Of a DNA stretch of 64,000 nucleotides, positions 17,845 to 27,555 are shown one piece after another. The translations under genes and the position numbers were made by a program. Within the stretch, counting starts at the first letter, position 1. Every line of letters begins with the position of its first letter. The stretch spans positions 2,592,001 through 2,656,000 of the forward strand of contig OZ245842.1 in assembly GCA_965228895.1 (NCBI GenBank), in the 5' to 3' direction. Origin of the DNA: Alphaproteobacteria bacterium (GTDB lineage Bacteria > Pseudomonadota > Alphaproteobacteria > SP197). The notes under the pieces were generated by a model. That model saw nothing but the letters and a program-made list of their open reading frames with translations, had not been told where the DNA came from and did not search any database.

Positions 17845-18267
17845 ATGGACATGCAAGAAGCCCTCTACACCCCGCGCCAGTGGAGCCTAACCGGCCTCCA
17901 CAACGAGCTGCGCCATGCCGTCGCGCATCCCGGCTCCCTCGTGCGCCAGCGTGTCGATCGGTGGCTTGAACAGCTTTCAGACGAACACCGCACGCTTCTG
18001 ACTCTCCGCGCTGAGGGCAGGCAGTGGCATGAGATAGAGCAGGAGATGTTCGGGCGTTCGGACGCGCCTCATTTCTACCAGTCCGGGCGTCATTGCATAC
18101 AGGCGGCGGGCAACAGCTTCCATCGGCTGAACAGCATGTACATGGAAGCGTTGAGCGAGCTTCTCACCGTCGCGACGTTCGACACCCACGACACCACCCA
18201 AGCCATCAAAGAGACAGGTGAGCGCATCTGTGAGCGTGCAGACGCCATGGCCGAGAGGCTGTCATGA
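17845..18267 (+). CDS. First early-operon gene; possible sigma70 region-4-like HTH
   Basis: LSDEHRTLLTLRAEGRQWHEIEQEM. Confidence 0.5.
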   Translation: MDMQEALYTPRQWSLTGLHNELRHAVAHPGSLVRQRVDRWLEQLSDEHRTLLTLRAEGRQWHEIEQEMFGRSDAPHFYQSGRHCIQAAGNSFHRLNSMYMEALSELLTVATFDTHDTTQAIKETGERICERADAMAERLS

Positions 18268-20824
18268 GCGGTTCACCGAAATTCAAAGTCTACAACCCGT
18301 CTGGCGAATACATCGGTTGCGTCAAGTACGCCGAAGATGCCGCCGCCCTTGTCGCCCTCTACGGCGATGGCGCGAAGGTGAAGTATCAGCACAGCAAAGT
18401 GCTTTGGCACGAAGGCCAGGAGTCCATCGGGGCCGGTGAGAGTTATGACGAGGCGGGCACCATCATTAGGACTCGCGAGCACGGCATGCACGCCGCCTCC
18501 TTCGCCAAGGTGTATGCGTCATGACAACACCCTCTGTTGCAGAGCGGTTGCGTGGGTTGGCCAAAGAGCGGCGGGCGTTTGGGCCAATCGACAACAGTCC
18601 GCTTTACGAGAGCCTGCGCGAGGCCGCCGATACCATCGAGCGGTATGAAGCTGCGCTGAACGACATTTCAAAGTGCAACATCGTTGGTTACATCCTGAGA
18701 GGCACCGAGCGCCACGACGACCTGAAAGACCTAATTCAAACGCTGAACCGAGAACTACAGCGCCGCGTTAATGCCGCGAAGATAGCACTCTCAGGTGGAG
18801 GGCAGTCATGAGCGAATGGACGCCAGCCGAAATAGCCGAGGCGCTGGAAGAGTGGGGCGCACAGGAACCCATGACGCCGCACGGTGAGCACATCCTACAG
18901 CAAGCATCAAAGGCCATAACCACACAACAGGAACAGATAAAGGCGCTGAGCGAGGCGCTGATAGCAACGCACACACAAGTCTACAACGCCAGAGAGTGTG
19001 TCGGCGATGATGAGCGCATGGAGTATCTCGCCAACGCCAGCAACATCATCGGTGCCGCACTCACACAGCAGGGAGCGGAGTGATGCAGATCAAATACGAA
19101 ATAGGCCAAGAAGTTTGGCGCGCGACCTGCAACCGCGAAGAAACGTCCGTCGAGTGCCCCGACTGCGGTGGGACCGGACGAATCCGCGTGACCTTCCACG
19201 ACGACACAACCGTATCAATCGACTGCCAGAGATGCGCGCTGGGCTACGAGCCGCCAACTGGCCGAATAGCAGTCTACGACCGCGTTGCGAAGGCTGAGCG
19301 AGTTACCATTACTGGCATCGATGTGCGGAGCGGCGAAGAGCCCGAGTACCGCACCAACGTATCCTACATCATAGACGAAAATCGTCTGTTTGAAACGCGC
19401 GAAGAAGCCCTCGCCTGTGCAGAAAAGCTCGCGGAGGAATGGGACCGCGAGGAGCGCGAGAAGATCGCAAAGAAGGAAAAAGACACGCGCTCATGGGCTT
19501 GGAACGCAAGCTACCACCGCAATTGCATCAAGAGAGCCGAGCGGGAAATCGAGCACCACACGGCAAAGCTGAACGTAGCGTCGTTGAAGGCAAAAGAGCA
19601 GAAGGCCCGCGCTACACCCGAGGAGCGTGAGTGATGTCCTGCATGTATTGCCAGGCAGGCTGCGGGCGGCTCGTGGATACCGATGACGAGCCCGAGAGCT
19701 TCGATAACGACGCAGACAAGTGCCTATGTTCGTGGTGTCGCGAGGCATTCGTTGGCGAAGACGGGCACTACTCAGACCCCGAGGAGACGAGCTAATGGGC
19801 GACAAACGTAAAGCTTCCGTGTCGCAAGCACCCTCCCATGACGGCGACGGATACGGCTGGGGCGGCGACTACTACCTGACTATCGGGTTTCTCACCGTGA
19901 ACTTCGGCCCACGACACGCGGCGGCAGAAATTGCCAAGGAACTGGCTGAACTCTGGAACACACGCACAGGGGAAGCCAATGCTGAGTGAGGAGACGCGCA
20001 AATGACTGAGGACGACAAAACACCCAACAAACTTTCCATGGAAGTGGACCCTGCGGCCATCAATGCGATCATCAAGCAGACAGTGAACGCGCAGATCGCT
20101 GTGGCCCTTGAAAAGAATGGCCTGAACTTCACCGACGCCGTTGTCGATGCTGTGCTTACGGCAAAGGTGGATCGCGACGGTAAGATCATTCCGAAGAGCC
20201 ATTACAGTTACCGCGACAGCAAAACGTCTTGGTTCGACAGCGAGCTTGAGAAGCTAATTCGCGAATGCGCCAAGGGCGCGATGATTGATTTCGTCGAAAC
20301 GCAGAGGCCGAAGATCGAGGCGGCAATGCTCGCTGCGTTCAAGAAGCGCACGCCACAGATTGTTAAGGCCATGACGGATGGAACCCTCAAAGCGTTCACC
20401 AGCAAGTGGGGGTTCAATTTCAATGTGAGTTTACGGCCCAAGGATGAGTAGCAATGAGCCTCACCCAACACACCCGCGAACACATGGCCGATGTTCTCGC
20501 TAACGACAACAGACGCATTGAACCTGATGTGTGGAGCGGGCCTAGCAGGATGCTTGGGGTGGTGCTGCCCTACGCGGTTTGCGTTCTCTTACTGGCCGCT
20601 ATGGCCGTCTACCACTTTGACCTGGAGCCTTGGTGATGACACTGGACTTTGACTTTGACGTAGAGGCCGATGAGGTAACGCTCCATCTCACGATGGACAC
20701 CGATACATGGAGGCGCGTCTTCGAAACATACCGCGACGTGTCAAGTGGCCTCATCGGGTTTGCAGAACTGTTCCGGGAACACGAGGACGCGATTCTGTCA
20801 AAAGTCGCGCAGCTTAACCAATGA
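18264..20824 (+). other. Early-operon run of small hypothetical genes including Zn-finger proteins
   Basis: 18264-18524, 18521-18811, 18808-19083, 19080-19634 (CPDCGGTG), 19634-19795, 19795-19989, 20002-20451, 20454-20636, 20630-20824. Confidence 0.65.
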
Positions 20825-21558
20825 CTGAACCCACACCCAAGAACGGCACCGACAAACTCGCAGAGGCGCTTGCCAAGGCGCAGGGTGAGATAGAGATGCC
20901 CGAGCGGAACAAGACTGTTGAGGTCCGCATGAAGTCCGGCAACACCTACACGTTCAAGTACGCCACGCTGGACAACATCATAGACACCGTGCGCGGGCCA
21001 CTCTCCAAGAACGGGCTGTGGTTCGTGCAACTCCTGCATGGCGAGGAAGGCGGGAAGCGCGAAGTCGAAACCATCCTTCTCCATGAGAGCGGCCAGAGCA
21101 TCAAGAGTCGGATGCCAATTCTCATGTCTGACAGCGGTAACCAAGCGCTCGGCTCAGCCGTTAGCTACATGCGTCGCTACGCCCTGACATCCATGCTTGG
21201 CATTGCCGCAGAAGACGATGACGACGCGAACATTGTAGACGATAACACTGTGTCATCAAAGGATAATCAGGCTTTCGGCGGGCCGCTCAAGAAGACAGAA
21301 CTGAAGAACAAGATGCGCGAAATGGCGGGCAAGCTGGCGCAGGTTGAAGACATGGGTACGTTCGTCAATCTGCAGAACGAGTATGTTGAAGTGATCGACC
21401 AGTGCATCCGCGATCTGCCCGAATGGTACTACGGCAAGAAGTCCACGGTTAACGGCCAAGTCATTCAGGAGAAAGGCGCCTACGAAGCCATTGAGGCCAA
21501 GCGCCAGGAACTCGCCGAAGCCGACCCCTCCGCACAAACAGTTATGGATGCAGGCTGA
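20821..21558 (+). CDS. erf: ERF-family ssDNA-annealing recombinase
   Basis: YKF/YATLDNII-type N-region; QALGSAVSYMRRYALTSMLGIAAEDDDDAN signature. Confidence 0.9.
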   Translation: MTEPTPKNGTDKLAEALAKAQGEIEMPERNKTVEVRMKSGNTYTFKYATLDNIIDTVRGPLSKNGLWFVQLLHGEEGGKREVETILLHESGQSIKSRMPILMSDSGNQALGSAVSYMRRYALTSMLGIAAEDDDDANIVDDNTVSSKDNQAFGGPLKKTELKNKMREMAGKLAQVEDMGTFVNLQNEYVEVIDQCIRDLPEWYYGKKSTVNGQVIQEKGAYEAIEAKRQELAEADPSAQTVMDAG

Positions 21559-21805
21559 TGAGCAGCGTGCGCCCATTCACACCAAACCGTTACACCCGCT
21601 TTCTACAGAAGGTGGACGTTGCGGGCTTTGACCCAAACGCTTGTTGGCTGTGGAAGGGGGCGGGGAAGGGAAATGGCTACGGCCATGTGAAGACCGCCGA
21701 CTAAGGGCGGGCCATTCGTCGCGAAAAATCGCAAATCAGATGGACCTCAACTACGGGACCGTCGCCGCCATCAAGAGAGGCAGAAGCTATGTCAGCATCA
21801 CTTAA
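21558..21805 (+). pseudogene. HNH endonuclease remnant with nuclease core deleted
   Basis: N-part ...RFLQKVDV...CWLWKGAGKGNGYGHV* joined out of frame to HTH tail [27 protein letters not shown]. Confidence 0.75.
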
Positions 21806-22205
21806 TCGCGTGGCCCTGATAGGGAACCTTGGGCGTGACCCTGAGATAAGGCGGCTCAACAGCGGCGACCCGGTGTGCAACCTGTCTGTTGCCACCAATG
21901 ACCGCTGGAAAGACAAGCAGACGGGGGAGCGTAAGGAGCGGGTGGAGTTCCATCGCGTGGTGATCTTCAACCCGCACATCTGTGACGTTGCCGAGAAGTA
22001 CCTGCGCAAGGGTTCGATGGTCTACATCGAGGGCGCGCTACAGACGCGGAAGTGGCAGGACCAGCAGGGCCAGGACCGCTACTCAACGGAGGTTGTCGTT
22101 CAAAACTTCCGTGGCGACCTGCAAATGTTGAGCTGGCACGACGACAGGCCGGGAGACGCCGCCCCCGCCGCGACCAGCGAACCTGACGACGAAATCCCGT
22201 TCTAA
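21789..22205 (+). CDS. ssb: Single-stranded DNA-binding protein (phage copy)
   Basis: [15 protein letters not shown]...DDEIPF tail. Confidence 0.97.
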   Translation: MSASLNRVALIGNLGRDPEIRRLNSGDPVCNLSVATNDRWKDKQTGERKERVEFHRVVIFNPHICDVAEKYLRKGSMVYIEGALQTRKWQDQQGQDRYSTEVVVQNFRGDLQMLSWHDDRPGDAAPAATSEPDDEIPF

Positions 22206-22642
22206 TGCCCAAGCTCAACCTCATATGCGCCCACCATATGGGCATGGTTCCTGTGGACGATGATGGGCGCGCGTTCCTTCAAAAGCACATGGGCAAGACG
22301 GTGACGGCTGAACTGAAGGTGCAGCGTTCGCCGCAGCACAACAGCATGTTCTGGGCTGTCGCCCAGAAAACCCACGACAATCTACCCGACCACTACGCCA
22401 GAGCGTGGCCAACGAAGCGGGACATGGTGAAGTCGCTTCAGCTTGTCTACGGGTTCACGGACAAGATCATGAAGCCCGTCAAGGGGGGCACATGGGAAGT
22501 CATACAGGAACCCAAATCGCTCGACTTCAGCAACATGGAGCAGGACGAATTTAACCTCGTCAGCGAGAAGCTATTTGAGGGCATGGCCCGCTGTTTGAGC
22601 GTCACCGTAGACGAACTACTGAACGAAACGAGGGCGGCCTAG
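22205..22642 (+). CDS. NinB/DUF1367-like recombination accessory protein
   Basis: RSPQHNSMFWA...PKSLDFSNMEQDEF. Confidence 0.65.
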   Translation: MPKLNLICAHHMGMVPVDDDGRAFLQKHMGKTVTAELKVQRSPQHNSMFWAVAQKTHDNLPDHYARAWPTKRDMVKSLQLVYGFTDKIMKPVKGGTWEVIQEPKSLDFSNMEQDEFNLVSEKLFEGMARCLSVTVDELLNETRAA

Positions 22643-22644
22643 AT

Positions 22645-22824
22645 ATGCGGTGCGAAGCGTGCAAGGGCACCGGCCAGTTTCCCACCATCAACACGGATGG
22701 ACAATACGGCCCGCTCTACCCGCGAACACTCCCCTGCCCTGACTGTGGCGGCACCGGCATTGCGTACTGTTGTGAGGGCTCTGAGAGGCACGGGCAATTG
22801 AGTGATGAAGACACCACGACGTAG
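22645..22824 (+). CDS. Small DnaJ-type Zn-finger protein (59 aa)
   Basis: CEACKGTG...CPDCGGTG; not in ORF track. Confidence 0.6.
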   Translation: MRCEACKGTGQFPTINTDGQYGPLYPRTLPCPDCGGTGIAYCCEGSERHGQLSDEDTTT

Positions 22825-23146
22825 GAAAGCGCCCAAGCTAGGCGTCAGGGACAGGCCACAGGTGCGGTGCCCGCAGCATTTGCAGTGGGTGCGTGGGCAT
22901 GAGTGTGCTGTGGCAAACGGTGAGTGCGAGGGCCGCGTTGAGGCGTGCCATGTTCGTTGCAACACGGATGGTGGGACAAGCCTCAAGCCATCGGACACTT
23001 GGACGATTCCCATGTGCAGTCACCACCACCGCCTTCAGCACACGCTCGGAGAATTGGCGTTTCAGATGACGTACAGCATAGACATGAAAGCCATTGCCGA
23101 GCAGCTAGCCAGGCGCTCGCCTCACAGACACAGGTGGGAAGAATGA
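22802..23146 (+). CDS. DUF968-like / HNH-like protein
   Basis: HLQWVRGHEC...EACHVR...KPSDTWTIPMCSHHHRLQH. Confidence 0.75.
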   Translation: MMKTPRRRKAPKLGVRDRPQVRCPQHLQWVRGHECAVANGECEGRVEACHVRCNTDGGTSLKPSDTWTIPMCSHHHRLQHTLGELAFQMTYSIDMKAIAEQLARRSPHRHRWEE

Positions 23147-23544
23147 GTGACTTCTGGCACCGCGAGAACCTGTACTTCATGGCCCGATGGTTCGGCCCTG
23201 TCGCCGCTGTGGCGCTGGTCGTGGGGTTCTTGGTGGGGGTGTGGGTGTGAGAAAGGAAACTCATTTCATTTGCCACGCTGGTGTCCGCGTACCCATCGAT
23301 GGGAAGTGCCCCAAATGTCTCTCAGACAGTACGGGCCAATGCGGGCGGCTCTATGAGGTTGGCTGGAACGAGGCGATAGAGGCGGCGGCACAAGAGTGCG
23401 CTGAATTTGGTGACGACGCCCAAAAAAGGGCCTCCGTCGAGCTGGGGACTGGACGGCCTAGTGCTGCCATGGACCGCACACTGGGTGCTTCGGTAGCGCG
23501 TTTCCTGGCAAACACCATACGCGCCCTCTCCAAAGAGGAGACGG

Positions 23545-23805
23545 ATGAGTCGGCCTAAGCCAAAATTCGCACCGGAGCCGCGCATTCTAAACGGCTACCA
23601 GGTGGCCTGCCGCCTGAACAAGAGCGAGGTATGGTTCGGCCAGAAGAGACGTCAACTGGAACAGATGGGATTCCCACGCCAGGACGAATTTCTAGGCGGT
23701 TGGGACGCCGATGCCATTGAACGATGGATCGATGAGCGATCCGGCCTATTCTCCTCCAAGAGCACGTTGAGGGAGGAGATGGAGGAATGGCAACGATGCG
23801 GGTGA
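23545..23805 (+). CDS. Excisionase/AlpA-like DNA-binding protein
   Basis: Small ORF overlapping the int start; VACRLNKS...GFP...WDADAIERWID. Confidence 0.7.
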   Translation: MSRPKPKFAPEPRILNGYQVACRLNKSEVWFGQKRRQLEQMGFPRQDEFLGGWDADAIERWIDERSGLFSSKSTLREEMEEWQRCG

Positions 23806-24836
23806 AGTATGTCACCGAACGGAACGGCTCATTCTATTTCGAGCCGTCCCAAAAGATGCGTGACCACGGGTTCCGGCCCGAGGCCCTGGGGAAAGACAGC
23901 GTTGCCGCCTACGCCCGCGCCAAAACGCTGAACGACGACTGGAAAGCCGTTCAAGATGGTCTAAAGGCGAAGCCTGACGCGATCGTCAAGGGCACCCTGA
24001 AGTGGCTCATCCGCGAGTATCAGAACAAGTCCGCGTGGTATGCAAAACTAGAGCCCCCCACAAAAGCCGAATACGACCGCCATCTTCAACGTGCCCTCGC
24101 ATCACCCATGGCACACCACCCCGTTCGAAGCATCCAACGCGCCGACGTTCGGATATTCTACGACAAGACCTTCGCGGATGCGACGCCCTGGGTGGCCCAT
24201 GACGCGCACAAGGTTTTAAGTCGCCTGCTCTCCTATGGAGTTGAGCTTGGTCTGATGCCAACCAACCCCGCCGCCAAAATGGAGATAGCGGAGCCCGACA
24301 GGCGCAAGGTGACTTGGCAGCCAGAACAAGTAGACAAGTTCATTGCCATGGCGCTGGCAGAGAACAGGCTGGGGTGGGCTTTGGCTGCTTCCATAGGCTA
24401 CGACAGCGGCCAGGACTTAACCGTCATACTCCACCGGCTATGGACGCACTATGACGGCGAAGGAATGGATTTTCGGCGCACCAAAACGGATGTGGAATCG
24501 TGGTCCCCCATGCGGGAAACAACACGAGGGCTTCTTGAGATAGCGCCGCGCTCATCCGTGAGAATCATCACGACAAGCACAGGCAGGCCCATCAACAGCC
24601 GCTCCTACTTCGGCAGGGTTTTCAGAGAATTGAGAGACAAGGCGGGGCTGCCCAAAGGGCTGAGGTTTAGGGACCTCAGACGCACCGTGGGGACGGAGAT
24701 AGACGCTGGTGGGGGCAACCCAGAATCGGTTCTGGGTTTGACGCCAGGATCACCCGTCAAGAAGCACTATGTGGTGCCCAGCAAGGACGCCGCACGAACA
24801 GCTCAGGCGAGCCGAAAACGGGAACAAAAGGGCTGA
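23787..24836 (+). CDS. int: Tyrosine recombinase/integrase with non-canonical catalytic residues
   Basis: SAM-like core-binding region; LRFRDLRRT; KHY; adjacent to tRNA. Confidence 0.85.
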   Translation: MATMRVKYVTERNGSFYFEPSQKMRDHGFRPEALGKDSVAAYARAKTLNDDWKAVQDGLKAKPDAIVKGTLKWLIREYQNKSAWYAKLEPPTKAEYDRHLQRALASPMAHHPVRSIQRADVRIFYDKTFADATPWVAHDAHKVLSRLLSYGVELGLMPTNPAAKMEIAEPDRRKVTWQPEQVDKFIAMALAENRLGWALAASIGYDSGQDLTVILHRLWTHYDGEGMDFRRTKTDVESWSPMRETTRGLLEIAPRSSVRIITTSTGRPINSRSYFGRVFRELRDKAGLPKGLRFRDLRRTVGTEIDAGGGNPESVLGLTPGSPVKKHYVVPSKDAARTAQASRKREQKG

Positions 24837-24839
24837 GAT

Positions 24840-24870
24840 TTTTTGAAAGCCGAGCCCAAACTTTTTGAAA
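24840..24870 (+). repeat. TTTTTGAAA direct repeat (24840, 24862), candidate integrase arm-type sites
   Basis: Two 9-mers 22 bp apart between the int stop and the tRNA 3' end. Confidence 0.5.
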
Positions 24871-24872
24871 AG

Positions 24873-24947
24873 TGGCATCCCCTAGGGGAATCGAACCCCT
24901 GTCTCCACCGTGAAAGGGTGGTGTCCTAACCGCTAGACGAAGGGGAC
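24873..24947 (-). tRNA. tRNA-Glu (UUC), prophage attachment site
   Basis: GTCCCCTTCGTCTAGCGGTTAGGAC...CTTTCAC...GGTTCGATTCCCCTAGGGGATGCCA. Confidence 0.97.
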
Positions 24948-25150
24948 ACTGTGGGTCGGCCCGGCGGCAGAAGAAAGCGTGACATAAACGCTCGACCGCG
25001 CGAAATCAAGGGGTGACGGTCACAGGCCGGACGAGGCCTTGTGCGGGCGGCGGGCTGGCACGCTATAGTGGCCGGGTTTCGCGACCTGACCCAGCCGGAA
25101 CGGCCGCCGCCGGCCTGACCGAAGAGCCCCCGCCCCACCCGAGAGGACCC

Positions 25151-26431
25151 ATGAGCGATTCCACCCTTGCCCACGCCATCACCCAGGCGGTTGACGACCT
25201 GTTCGATGACGAGGTCGCTTTTCTGCAGGAGCTCGTGCGGTTCCCCTCCCAACGCGGCCAGGAGCACACGGCGCAGGACTTCATGCACGACGCCATGAAG
25301 CAGCGCGGCCTGGCCATGGACCGCTGGGCGATCGACGTGGACGCGATCAAGGACCATCCAGGCTTTTCGCCGGTCTGTGTCGACTACGACAACGCCATCA
25401 ACGTGGTGGGAACCCATCGCCCGCGCGAGGCGGTCGGCCGGTCGCTGATCCTGAACGGCCATATCGACGTGGTGCCGACCGGCCCGGTCGATATGTGGAG
25501 CTTTCCGCCCTATGAGCCCGCGATCAAAGACGGCTGGATGCATGGCCGCGGCTCCGGCGACATGAAGGCCGGGTTGGCCGCGAACCTTTTCGCCTATGAC
25601 GCCCTGAAGCGGGCGGGCGTGCAGCCGGCGTCGCACGTCTACTTCCAGTCGGTGACCGAAGAGGAGTGCACCGGCAACGGTGCGCTTTCCTGTCTGATGC
25701 GCGGCTATCACGCCGATGCCGCGCTGATTACCGAGCCGACCCACGACAGCCTGGTGCGCGCCAATGTCGGCGTCATCTGGTTCCAGGTCGAGATCCGCGG
25801 CCGGCCCGCCCATGTCGCGGAATCCGGCAGCGGCAACAGCGCGATCACCGCCGCCTACCGCATCATTGACGCGTTGCAGGCGCTGGAGGACGAATGGAAC
25901 GCCAAAAAGGACGAGCACCGCTACTTCGATGATATGGATAAGCCGATCACCATCAATGTCGGCAAGATCGAGGGCGGCGACTGGGCATCATCGGTGCCGT
26001 GCTGGTGCCGGCTGGACGTGCGCGCCGCGTTCTATCCCGGCACCAAGGTGAAGGACGCCCAGCGCGACATCGAAGCAGCGATCGCCGGCGCGACGCGCGA
26101 CCATCCCTATCTCTCCAACCACCCGCCGTCGATCACCTATAACGGCTTCACCGCCGAAGGTTACGTGCTGGAAGAAGGCAGCGAGGCCGAAGCCTGTCTC
26201 AGGCGCGTCCACAGCACCGTGTTCGAGCAGGAACTTGCGTCCGGCGCGACACCGGCCTATCTCGACGCGCGTGTCTCCGTGCTCTATGACGACACCCCGG
26301 CCCTGGTCTATGGCCCGATCAGCGAACGCATTCACGGGTTCGATGAGCGGGTCGAATTGAACTCGCTGCTGCGCGTAACGAAGTCGGTGGCGTTGTTCAT
26401 GGCCGACTGGTGCGGGACCGAGTCTCCTTGA
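25151..26431 (+). CDS. ArgE/DapE-family M20 deacylase
   Basis: LILNGHIDVVP, GRGSGDMKAG, EEE, HGFDE. Confidence 0.92.
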   Translation: MSDSTLAHAITQAVDDLFDDEVAFLQELVRFPSQRGQEHTAQDFMHDAMKQRGLAMDRWAIDVDAIKDHPGFSPVCVDYDNAINVVGTHRPREAVGRSLILNGHIDVVPTGPVDMWSFPPYEPAIKDGWMHGRGSGDMKAGLAANLFAYDALKRAGVQPASHVYFQSVTEEECTGNGALSCLMRGYHADAALITEPTHDSLVRANVGVIWFQVEIRGRPAHVAESGSGNSAITAAYRIIDALQALEDEWNAKKDEHRYFDDMDKPITINVGKIEGGDWASSVPCWCRLDVRAAFYPGTKVKDAQRDIEAAIAGATRDHPYLSNHPPSITYNGFTAEGYVLEEGSEAEACLRRVHSTVFEQELASGATPAYLDARVSVLYDDTPALVYGPISERIHGFDERVELNSLLRVTKSVALFMADWCGTESP

Positions 26432-26450
26432 GCGGTTGGGGTTGTTGACG

Positions 26451-27548
26451 ATGCGTTATCTGGTGCTTGTGTGCTGTCTGCTCCTGGCGTGGCCCGCTTC
26501 CGCGCAGGAGAGTGACGAATCCGATGAGACCGTGACCGAGGGCCAGGTCCAGCAATCCGAGAGCCCCGGCGAGGACGAGGCAGCGGAAACGAACGATGTG
26601 GACGCGGAGGATGCGGAACCGCAGCCACTTGAGCCTTTCACGCTACAGATCAAGTGGCTGCCGCAGGCTCAGTTCGCCGGCTACTACGTCGCCCAGGCGA
26701 ATGGGTTCTATGCGCAAGAGGGCCTCGACGTCACGATCCTGCCAGGCGGACCCGACGTCGATCCGCTGGACACGCTCGGCCACGGATCGGCTGATGTCGC
26801 GATCGATTGGTTGCCGCCGGTCCTGCACGCCAGCGAACGCGGCGCGTCGCTGGTCAACATCGCGCAGATCTTTCAGTTCTCCGGCCAGACAATCGCCTGC
26901 CGCGATGCCGCCGGCGTCGAAACCCCTGAGGACCTGCGCGGCAAGACCGTCGCGTTCAACAAGGGCGGCGACGAATATGCGGTGCTCGCCTGGTTCAATA
27001 CGCTGGGCATACCGGTTGACGGCTCGGACGACGGCATCACACTGATCGACCGTGCGGCCGGTGTCAGCGACATCATCGACGGCACCGCCGATTGCATCAC
27101 CGCGCAGACCTATAACGAGCTCGGCCTGCTCGACGAACGTGGTTTCAATGCCAACAACATGACCATCTTCGACTTCGAGGAACTCGGCGTCGCGACACTG
27201 CAGGACGGGATCTACACGACACAGGCAGCGCTTGGCGACACGGCCAAGGTCGACCAGATCGTCCGGTTCCTGCGTGCGTCTTTGAAGGGCTGGCGCATGG
27301 CGCTTGCCCGGCGCGACACCGCCGTTCAACTGGTCATGCAGATCATGCAGGACCCCGCGGCCTCGCGCGATCATCAGCTCTACATGATCACGGAAGTCGG
27401 CCGCCTGATCGGACCGACCGATGACTTTCTGGGCCTGCTGATGCCCGAAACCTACGAATTGACCATCGACCGCCTGGAAGAAGGCGGCGTTCTGGCAGAG
27501 GTTCCCCAGCAGGGCTGGTCGCACTCACTCTGGCTCCAGGCGCAGTAG
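26451..27548 (+). CDS. ABC transporter substrate-binding protein, NMT1/THI5-like
   Basis: Signal peptide; LQIKWLPQAQFAGYYVA...GLDVTILPGGPD. Confidence 0.88.
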   Translation: MRYLVLVCCLLLAWPASAQESDESDETVTEGQVQQSESPGEDEAAETNDVDAEDAEPQPLEPFTLQIKWLPQAQFAGYYVAQANGFYAQEGLDVTILPGGPDVDPLDTLGHGSADVAIDWLPPVLHASERGASLVNIAQIFQFSGQTIACRDAAGVETPEDLRGKTVAFNKGGDEYAVLAWFNTLGIPVDGSDDGITLIDRAAGVSDIIDGTADCITAQTYNELGLLDERGFNANNMTIFDFEELGVATLQDGIYTTQAALGDTAKVDQIVRFLRASLKGWRMALARRDTAVQLVMQIMQDPAASRDHQLYMITEVGRLIGPTDDFLGLLMPETYELTIDRLEEGGVLAEVPQQGWSHSLWLQAQ

Positions 27549-27555
27549 GCCCATC

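Larger units (their letters stand above)
1..24872. mobile_element. Prophage (right part), integrated at 3' end of tRNA-Glu; left boundary outside window
   Basis: Integrase ends 36 bp from the tRNA 3' end; CI/Cro/CII switch, ERF, SSB, RusA, HNHs, terS, dense small overlapping ORFs. Confidence 0.95.

Noticed and set aside
24811-24836. LexA box at the integrase 3' end (GGAACAAAAG)
   Set aside because: No second half-site at 7-nt spacing.
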